A stretch of DNA of 64,000 bases, taken from positions 2,016,001 to 2,080,000 of the forward strand of contig OY762492.1 of NCBI GenBank assembly GCA_963665845.2, read 5' to 3'. Below, piece after piece: positions 57,243-64,000 of the stretch (position 1 is its first letter; the number at the start of each line of letters is the position of its first letter). Source of the DNA: Candidatus Poribacteria bacterium. GTDB taxonomy: Bacteria > Poribacteria > WGA-4E > GCA-2687025. The notes beneath the pieces were generated by a model that made no database searches, had not been told where the DNA came from, and saw only the letters and a program-made list of their open reading frames with translations. Position numbers and translations under genes: made by a program.

Positions 57243-58112
57243 ATGTCGGTAAAGCAGTACCGCGTCGACCCCAAAACGTTCCGCCTTGAAAAAGCGGCGG
57301 CGCGCTATGCCGGCGGCGATCTGAAAGAGAGCGGCAGCGCGGAGTTGTTGGCAAAAAAAATCGAACGCATGGCGGCGCTGCAGGAGCGGTTGTTTGCGGA
57401 AAACCGCCGCTCCGTTCTCTTGACGCTGCAGGCGCGCAACGGCGCCGGCAAAGACAGCCTCATCAAGCATGTTTTTTCAGGCATGAACACGGCTTGGTGC
57501 CATGTCGTTTCCTACAAGGCGCCGAGTTCGAGGGAGCTGGACTACGGCTACCTCTGGCGCCATTTCCGCGACATTCCCGCGCGGGGTCAGATCGTCATCT
57601 TCAACCGCTCCTATTATGAGGAGGTGTCGACCACCCGCGTGCATACGAAATGGCTCGGCGCGCAGCCGCTTCCCAGCGACAAGATCGGCAAAAAATTCTG
57701 GAAACGGCGGTTTGATCAGATCAACGCCTTTGAAAAATATCTCGCGCAGAACGGCACCAGCGTCGTGAAAATCTTTCTGAATGTGTCCAAGGATGAGCAG
57801 AAAGCGCGTTTTCTGAACCGCATCTACAACCCAAAAAAGCAATGGAAATTCGCGCCTGAAGACATAGAAGAGCGGCGCCAATGGGACGAATACACCCCCG
57901 TTTTTCAGGAGATGTTGACGAAGACGAGCAAGAAATACGCGCCCTGGTATGCGGTTCCCGGCGACCAGAAATGGTATGCGCGGCTGGCGGCGGCGGACAT
58001 ATTGATTAAGGCGCTGAAAAAGATCGATCCGCAATTTCCTAAACTAAACGCCGAAAAGATGCGGCAGCTGGAGAAGGCGAAGGCGGAGCTGGAATCGGAG
58101 AAGCGACGCTGA
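57243..58112 (+). CDS. ppk2: Polyphosphate kinase 2 family (class III-like)
   Basis: AGKD, KAPS..EL, YLWR, FNRSYYE, KQWKF...D and APWY.VP.DQKW. Confidence 0.9.
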   Translation: MSVKQYRVDPKTFRLEKAAARYAGGDLKESGSAELLAKKIERMAALQERLFAENRRSVLLTLQARNGAGKDSLIKHVFSGMNTAWCHVVSYKAPSSRELDYGYLWRHFRDIPARGQIVIFNRSYYEEVSTTRVHTKWLGAQPLPSDKIGKKFWKRRFDQINAFEKYLAQNGTSVVKIFLNVSKDEQKARFLNRIYNPKKQWKFAPEDIEERRQWDEYTPVFQEMLTKTSKKYAPWYAVPGDQKWYARLAAADILIKALKKIDPQFPKLNAEKMRQLEKAKAELESEKRR

Positions 58113-58160
58113 CAGACGGAGTTGTTCGAGGCGATGGCGTTTCTCTGAAGAGGTTTTTAA

Positions 58161-58516
58161 GATTCCCGCTTGCGCGGGAATGACGGTTTGGTTGGCGGCG
58201 CCTTTTTCCCATGAATAAAGCGATTGTCGGTTCAAATGTCCCAACTTTATGCATGAGGTCAGATTCCCCCTTGAAAAGGGGGTTAGGGGGGTTTAAAGGG
58301 CGGGCGCGGCGGCGATGCCTTAAGATTCCCGCTTACGCGGGAATGACGAGGAGGAGCGCGGGAAGGACAGGATACGGCGCAGGAAGGACAGGATACGGCG
58401 CGGGAATGACAGGAGGCGGCGCGTCCGATTCCCCCCTTGAAAAGGGGGGCTAGGGGGGTTTTAGCCGCGCGCAGCGGCTGCGGAGCCTTAAGATTCCCGC
58501 TTACGCGGGAATGACA
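58161..58516. repeat. Composite mosaic: MITE A half, two hairpin repeats, three palindromes and 3 x 21-bp tandem repeat
   Basis: Modules identifiable by comparison with other loci; GCGCGGGAAGGACAGGATACG-like units at 58356-58414. Confidence 0.85.
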
Positions 58517-59519
58517 GGATGCGGCGCCTGAACAACGAGGGCGGAAGCCGATCCGCCGCGCTTTCTGCCAAAAGAAACGCCAGCGCCAGCAGCCCCAGAA
58601 ACGGCGCATAACCCCAAAACCGACTGGACGCCGACGCCGACTCGCCGCGCGTCAAGCGGTCTAGCAGGCGCGCGGCGCCGCCTGAACCGCGCAGATGGAA
58701 CGATTCGCCCCCCGCTTTGTCGGCTAACGCGCGCACAAACTCTGGGTTCGCTTTCGTGATGACAGGGTTGCCCGCCCGGTCGTTTTGATACCCTTGAAGC
58801 GATCCGTCCGCGCCGTAGAGAGGTATCAAACCGCCTTCAACGGAGCCGATCGACGCGGCGGTCAATTGGACGCGGCTTTTTTTGAGTTCGCCCGCTAAGG
58901 CGGACGGGTCTCTTCCGTGGTCTTCTCCGTCTGTCAGGAGGAGCGCGATCCGTTCGCGGTTCGGCTCCCGTTCAAACGCTTCCGCCGCGATTCGAAAAGC
59001 GTCTTGCAGGGCGGTTCCAGGATACGGCAGAACGCCCGGCTCCACGCTTTCAATGAAGGTTTGCGCCGCCTCGTAATCGCGCGTGAAGGGGCATTGCGCG
59101 ACCGCTTTTCCCGCATACAGCGCGATTCCGATTCGTTCGCCTTGAAGCCGCGCCGCAAGCCCGCGCGCTGTCTCCTTGGCGAGCGCCATGCGCGATTTGC
59201 CGACATCCTCCGCCGCCATGCTTTTCGAAGCGTCCAGTATGAGCAGGATGTCTCTCTCGATGGGAGAGCTGGAGAGCGGATCGCCTCCTCCCGGTCCGGA
59301 CGCCGCCAGCGCCAGCGCCGCCAGAACGGTCAACGTCAACCCCGCTCGAAGCGCCGGGCGGGGCGTCCCCCAAACAGCGAACCGCTGAAGCGGCAGGCGC
59401 GCGAGACGTTCTAAATCGCGCCGCCGGCGCCGCGCCGCCCAGTAAAAAAACGCGGCGAATATCGGCAAGACGAGCAGAAACGCCGCCGCCCATGGACGCT
59501 CAAACGGCATACGCTTCAT
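58488..59519 (-). CDS. vWA-domain membrane protein (BatB-like)
   Basis: N-terminal TMs, MIDAS DASKSM.AEDV..SR and LLTDGEDH; C-terminal TM. Confidence 0.88.
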   Translation of the reverse strand: MKRMPFERPWAAAFLLVLPIFAAFFYWAARRRRRDLERLARLPLQRFAVWGTPRPALRAGLTLTVLAALALAASGPGGGDPLSSSPIERDILLILDASKSMAAEDVGKSRMALAKETARGLAARLQGERIGIALYAGKAVAQCPFTRDYEAAQTFIESVEPGVLPYPGTALQDAFRIAAEAFEREPNRERIALLLTDGEDHGRDPSALAGELKKSRVQLTAASIGSVEGGLIPLYGADGSLQGYQNDRAGNPVITKANPEFVRALADKAGGESFHLRGSGGAARLLDRLTRGESASASSRFWGYAPFLGLLALAFLLAESAADRLPPSLFRRRILSFPRKRES

Positions 59520-60585
59520 CCCGTATGAGACGCGCCGCCTCTTGCGCCGCTCTGGAGAGCGCGCCCGGCGAGCGGTCGGGAAGCCGTATCAGCTCCTGAC
59601 GCGCGCGGTTTTTATACAGCCACTGGGAAACCACATTCGCCATGTCGGCGTCCCATGGCGTCGGCTTTGCGGCGGTTCCGTCTAGATACACCTCCTCAAA
59701 AAGAAGCCCCAGCTCGCCTCGGTCAGCGCGGCGCGAGACGGTCGCTTGCCGCTTCAGCCTGCCTTCCCTTAGAAAAAACAGCTCGGCGCATTCGTCCGCG
59801 CGGGACGAACAGACCACCGCCACATCGTTATGGTTGACGGCGTTCACCTGAAAGCGGCATCTGGAAGCGTACGCTTCGAGAGCGTCCAATCGGTTTTGAA
59901 TGAGGCGGGCGCGTTCAAACTGAAGCGCGGCGCATGCGTCGGCGCGTTCCTGGCGCATCTTTTCGTAAATCGACTCATGGTCTCCAAGCAGGAAGGCGCG
60001 CGCCTCGTTGATAACAGCGGCGTATTCGTCTTCTGCCGCCTTGTCGGCGCAGGGGGCGAGACAACGCCCGATATGGTATTGAAAGCAGGGGCGGTAGTTC
60101 GGATTGGGGCGAATTTTCATGTCGCATGTGCGGACGGGAAAAAGCAGGCGCGCCAGCTCCAGCGTCGCGCGCGCCGCCTCGGCGGTCGGAAACGGTCCAA
60201 AATACTCCGCCCCGTCCATTTCAATCCGCCAGACCAGTTCGATTCTAGGGTACGTTTCCTGTTGAAAAATCTTCAGATACGGCTGATAACGCATTCGTTT
60301 TTGGGCGGAATTGAAACGCGGCTGCAGCTCTTTGATGAGGCGCGATTCGGCGATGAGAGCCTCCAGCTCCGAGCCGAGCGTCATGAACTCAACCGACTTT
60401 GTCATGCGCGTCATGCGCGGCGTTTTGCGCCGTTTGTCGCTTGCCGGCGCGGCGTATTGATTCATGCGGCGGCGGAGCGATTTCGCCTTGCCGATATACA
60501 GAAGCGCGCCGCGCGAATTTTTAAAAAAATAGACCCCTGGCGCGTCTGGAGCCGTCTCTGCGATTCGTTTCGGCAGCATCGCCAT
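59500..60585 (-). CDS. GIY-YIG excinuclease (UvrC N-terminal/Cho-like)
   Basis: PGVY, LYIGKAKSLR, PRFN, YFGPF, Cys cluster and UVR motif LQFERA; no HhH seen. Confidence 0.85.
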   Translation of the reverse strand: MAMLPKRIAETAPDAPGVYFFKNSRGALLYIGKAKSLRRRMNQYAAPASDKRRKTPRMTRMTKSVEFMTLGSELEALIAESRLIKELQPRFNSAQKRMRYQPYLKIFQQETYPRIELVWRIEMDGAEYFGPFPTAEAARATLELARLLFPVRTCDMKIRPNPNYRPCFQYHIGRCLAPCADKAAEDEYAAVINEARAFLLGDHESIYEKMRQERADACAALQFERARLIQNRLDALEAYASRCRFQVNAVNHNDVAVVCSSRADECAELFFLREGRLKRQATVSRRADRGELGLLFEEVYLDGTAAKPTPWDADMANVVSQWLYKNRARQELIRLPDRSPGALSRAAQEAARLIRDEAYAV

Positions 60586-60615
60586 GATTCCTGTTCGCTA
60601 TCAAACGCCCGCCCG

Positions 60616-62781
60616 TTAGAGCGGCAACAGTATTTTACCCTCAAGCCGCTGGACAAAGGAGTCGCCGTTCGGATCGCCCAGTATCAAAAAGGTTTCGATG
60701 CCGGCGGCGCCAGAACGGCGGAACGCCGCATACGGAACCCATGAGGAGTCGCCTGTTTGGTCGTTCCGCCTGAAAATGACTCGCCCGCCGATTCCGATCG
60801 TGTCGGAGAAGTCGTAGTTGAAGCCGAACAGATACTGCTGAAGCCGCTCGCGGTGGCGCAGAATGTACATATCGCCGTTGAAGGAGATCGGATCATGGCG
60901 GATAAATCCGCTGATGTGCGTGAAATGCCGGCGCAGCCCGTCCGCGCGCCCCCAGCCGTGGTAGGCTTGCGCGCCGCGCGTTCTCTCTATGTTGTCGATG
61001 CCGATACGGGTACCGTGGCTCCAGTCGACATCCAATTCGGCAGCATTGCTCTCTCGGAAATGCCCTGTTGAAAATTCTTGGTGAAGAAACATCTCATTTT
61101 GAAAGCGGGCGCCTGTCCAGAAGCCGGCGTTGTCTTGGAAAAAGTCGCCCTGTCCGCGCTCGCCCATCTGTGAAACGGCGCGTTCAAACAATCCGCCGAA
61201 GCCTGAAAAGCCGCTGCCCGTTTCATACCGCTCCTCATATCTTGCCCACATATCGATGCTGTAGTCTCTGATCAGCGCCTTCGGATTTTCATGCCATAGA
61301 CCTAGATAGAGGTTTGTATAACGCCGCCCTTGGAAGTCGAAAAAGCCGTTGCTGGATTCAAACTCTGGACCAATAAAGCCTGTCGAGACGCCCGTATACC
61401 GCCCTGGCGCCCAGTAATTGATGTCGACGCCGGCAAGCTCGTCTTTTTGGAACGCTCCGCCGTTGCCGCTTCGCCATGCGCTCATGCCGTATTCGGCGCC
61501 GACGCTGAACGAGTCGGACAGCTGCGCGTCCGCCGAGTATCCGACGACCGAGTTTTGCTCCTGCGCCGAATCGCGCATGGAAAAGAGAACGGAGGCGGAA
61601 CCCCAGTCTTGAAACCCCTGCTTCAACCCGGCGAGAAGGTCATGGCGGTAAAGCCGCCGCGCGTTTCCATGCTGGTCGTCAAAATCGAAGGTTCCCATCG
61701 CGCCGATGTTCGTCCGCTTGGCGACCTTGCCGTACAGCTTCGCGCCCGCGTCGATATGCTCAATGCGCCGGCTGTAAAAATAGCTGCCGGCGCCTGTCCA
61801 TGACTGGAAGATGTCGGAGCCTTCTTGGAAGAACGGGCGCGCCTCGCCCACATACCGTTCCCCGCGCGTGAAATCGATGCCTTCCACCTCGCCTTCGATA
61901 TTTTGAAAGTCGGGGTTGATCGTCATGACGGCGGTCAACTGCTGCGTCGGGCGGTAACGCAGGTCGACGCCGCCGCGGGCGGAGCCTTCATAGTCTCCCG
62001 CGCGTTCCACGCCGCCCGCCGCAATGAACGGCAGCGCCAACAGCTCCGGGGAAAACGATTGCGCCGGCAGCGTCAAGCCGGTCCAGTTTGCCGCCCACTC
62101 GTTCTGATACGTTTCGCCGATGTTGGAGAAGATCGTCTCGATCCGCTCTCGCGGATGTTTTCTTCTTACGTTGAAGCCGATGTCGGTCGGCTCCTGCGAG
62201 TCGGGATAAGCGAGGATAGACCATGGGACGGCGATCTCCACCGTCCAGCCGTTCTCCACCATCTTTGCCGCCGCTTTCCAGTCGCCTTTCCATTCCGTTT
62301 TGCCGCCTCTTCCGCCGCCCATTCTGGAGGCTTGCGTTCCTCTGGCGGAGACGGAGAAGGAGGAGAAATCGTCCCATTCATGCGTGTGGTACGGGTCGAT
62401 TTCCAAAGCGATATGGTCGTCGTTGGAGAGATCGGAGTCCCGTTTCGTCTGCTGAACGATGACGCCCTGCGGGTCGCCGTCTTCGCAATGCGCCGCCAGA
62501 TAGATTGCCGCGTCGTCGTATCCGATCCAGAAGCGGGTTTGGTTTTCGGCAGGTTCGCGCGTTCGCAGCTCGGTGAACTTGGAGCCGGCGGACGCTTCCT
62601 GCCATACAGGGTCGGAGATGTCGCCGTCAATGACCGGCGCTTCCGAAAAGCGGACAGACGGAATCTCCCTGCGTTTCGTCGCATCCTCGGCATGCGTCAA
62701 AGAAACAGCCGACAAGAAAACCGCTACTGCGCATACGCCGCGCCAGCTCGCCACCGCATGATCCCTTCCGTATGTTGACAC
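60616..62781 (-). CDS. Secreted CBM9-like/DUF5916 protein
   Basis: APVIDGDISDPVW, YDDAAIY, GWTVEIAVP, INPDF and EARPFFQEG. Confidence 0.8.
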   Translation of the reverse strand: MSTYGRDHAVASWRGVCAVAVFLSAVSLTHAEDATKRREIPSVRFSEAPVIDGDISDPVWQEASAGSKFTELRTREPAENQTRFWIGYDDAAIYLAAHCEDGDPQGVIVQQTKRDSDLSNDDHIALEIDPYHTHEWDDFSSFSVSARGTQASRMGGGRGGKTEWKGDWKAAAKMVENGWTVEIAVPWSILAYPDSQEPTDIGFNVRRKHPRERIETIFSNIGETYQNEWAANWTGLTLPAQSFSPELLALPFIAAGGVERAGDYEGSARGGVDLRYRPTQQLTAVMTINPDFQNIEGEVEGIDFTRGERYVGEARPFFQEGSDIFQSWTGAGSYFYSRRIEHIDAGAKLYGKVAKRTNIGAMGTFDFDDQHGNARRLYRHDLLAGLKQGFQDWGSASVLFSMRDSAQEQNSVVGYSADAQLSDSFSVGAEYGMSAWRSGNGGAFQKDELAGVDINYWAPGRYTGVSTGFIGPEFESSNGFFDFQGRRYTNLYLGLWHENPKALIRDYSIDMWARYEERYETGSGFSGFGGLFERAVSQMGERGQGDFFQDNAGFWTGARFQNEMFLHQEFSTGHFRESNAAELDVDWSHGTRIGIDNIERTRGAQAYHGWGRADGLRRHFTHISGFIRHDPISFNGDMYILRHRERLQQYLFGFNYDFSDTIGIGGRVIFRRNDQTGDSSWVPYAAFRRSGAAGIETFLILGDPNGDSFVQRLEGKILLPL

Positions 62782-62903
62782 AATATACCAGCGTTTTTAA
62801 CGAAGACATTCTCCTGCAGGTTTCAAAACAGGGCAGAATTTGGACATCGTCTGTTAGGATTCTGGATTCCCGTTTTCACGGGGCAGGCTATGGGCGCAGG
62901 TCG

Positions 62904-63078
62904 TTCCCCCTTGAAAAGGGGCGCGCCTCCGATTCCCCTTGAAAAGGGGCGCGCCTCCGATTCCCCTTGAAAAGGGGCGCGCCTCCGATTCCCCCCTTGA
63001 AAAGGGGCGCGCCTCCGATTCCCCTTGAAAAGGGGCGCCTCCGATTCCCCCCTTGAAAAGGGGGGCTAGGGGGGTTTT
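62904..63078. repeat. Tandem array (6 x 28-30 bp) of CCCCTTGAAAAGGGG hairpin
   Basis: Unit GCGCGCCTCCGATTCCCCTTGAAAAGGG with no unique spacers. Confidence 0.92.
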
Positions 63079-63101
63079 AAAGGACGGGCGCGAAGCCTTA
63101 A

Positions 63102-63203
63102 GATTCCCGCTTGCGCGGGAATGACGACCTGGTTGGCGGCGCCTTTTTCCCATGAATAAAGCGATTGTCGGTTCAAATGTCCCAACTTTATGCCTGAGGT
63201 TAG
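63102..63203. mobile_element. MITE family A half copy
   Basis: Palindrome to TIR ATGTCCCAACTTTATGCCTGAGGTTAG; close to 58161-58263. Confidence 0.78.
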
Positions 63204-63293
63204 CGATTCCGCCTTGAAAAGGGGCGCGCCTCCGATTCCCCCCTTGAAAAGGGGGCTAGGGGGGTTTTAAAGAGCAGGCGCGGCGCGCCCTTC

Positions 63294-63998
63294 TCATTCA
63301 GGCGCTGTGATCCGTCGAAGGCCTTCCGCATAGGACGGGTTCTCTGGGTCAAGGCGCAGGGCGGCGCGGATGGCGGTTTCCGCCTCCTCCTTCAACCCAA
63401 GCCGATAGCAGACGAGAGCAAGCGCGTTTTGACAGCGCGCGTCGTCCGGCGCCAACTCAACGGCGCGGCGCGCGTGCGTCAACGCTGTTTTGGGCCGCCC
63501 TGTCTGCGCGTAAAGCTGCGCAAGCATGCGGCGCGTCTTCGCGGAGGTCTTTGCGCTCTTGGACGCCGACGCCGCCCGCAGGTACGCCTCTTCAGCCGAT
63601 GAAACGCGCCCCGCCCGACGATGCAGCTCGCCTATTAAAAACAGCGTCTCCGCAGGCGCGCCGCTCAACTCAACCGCCGTTTCATACGCCGCCAGCGCCG
63701 CCTCATCCCTGCCAAGATGCGCATACGCTATGCCGAGATTATGATGCGCGGGCGCATGGTCGGGTTGTATCTGAACCGCCGTTTCATACGCCTCCGCCGC
63801 CTCGGCGTGAGCGCCGGTCCGCAGATGTATTTCCCCGATCTTCATGCGCGGCTCCAGCCGTTTCGGATCGAGGCGCGCCGCCGTTTCATAATGCCGAGCC
63901 GCCGTCTCCAGCCGCCCCTCCGCCAGCGCGGCGAGACCCAAGCCCGCATGCGCTTCGGGCAGGTCAGGTTCCAGCGCCGCCGCCCGCGCATACGCCCG
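63294..63998 (-). CDS. TPR-repeat protein (5'-truncated by window)
   Basis: Consecutive TPR units such as AHHNLGIAYAHLG. Confidence 0.88.
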   Translation of the reverse strand, partial: RAYARAAALEPDLPEAHAGLGLAALAEGRLETAARHYETAARLDPKRLEPRMKIGEIHLRTGAHAEAAEAYETAVQIQPDHAPAHHNLGIAYAHLGRDEAALAAYETAVELSGAPAETLFLIGELHRRAGRVSSAEEAYLRAASASKSAKTSAKTRRMLAQLYAQTGRPKTALTHARRAVELAPDDARCQNALALVCYRLGLKEEAETAIRAALRLDPENPSYAEGLRRITAPE

Positions 63999-64000
63999 CC

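Noticed and set aside
59500-60585. GIY-YIG nuclease as mobiliser of the palindromic repeats, or as full uvrC
   Set aside because: It has the UvrC-type Cys cluster and UVR domain and is not repeat-flanked; it lacks the C-terminal half needed for a uvrC call.
62904-63078. Possible CRISPR array (28-30-bp palindromic repeats; also 17704-17870)
   Set aside because: Units abut with no unique spacers, the motif is dispersed across the window, and no cas genes are present.

Overview
High-GC bacterial chromosomal window with about 55 CDS and no recognisable rRNA, tRNA, CRISPR array, prophage or transposase. Housekeeping genes are queC (partial), zwf, korAB, ogt, rpmI-rplT-pheS, gndA, ftsH-folP-acpS and a PPK2-family kinase. 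They are interspersed with expanded families of secreted repeat or lectin-like proteins (PD40/TolB-like propellers, WD40, LamG, CBM-like, TPR) and PhyH dioxygenases. This repertoire suggests a Candidatus Poribacteria-like organism (inference only). Two things stand out. (1) Nine intact signal-peptide-bearing proteins of three unrelated folds, plus one pseudogene, end in a fixed-spacing motif V-[DEN]-P-x-G-K-x4-W-[GA]-x-[LIVM]-K, a candidate C-terminal sorting or surface-anchoring signal. (2) Intergenic DNA is built from nested non-coding modules: two MITE families, more than 20 ATTCCC-N8-GGGAAT palindromes, C/G-run hairpin arrays and a 22-nt unit that also inserts into itself. MITE ends repeatedly lie at a near-constant distance upstream of sigma70-like -35 boxes. 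All calls are by eye and no searches were run.
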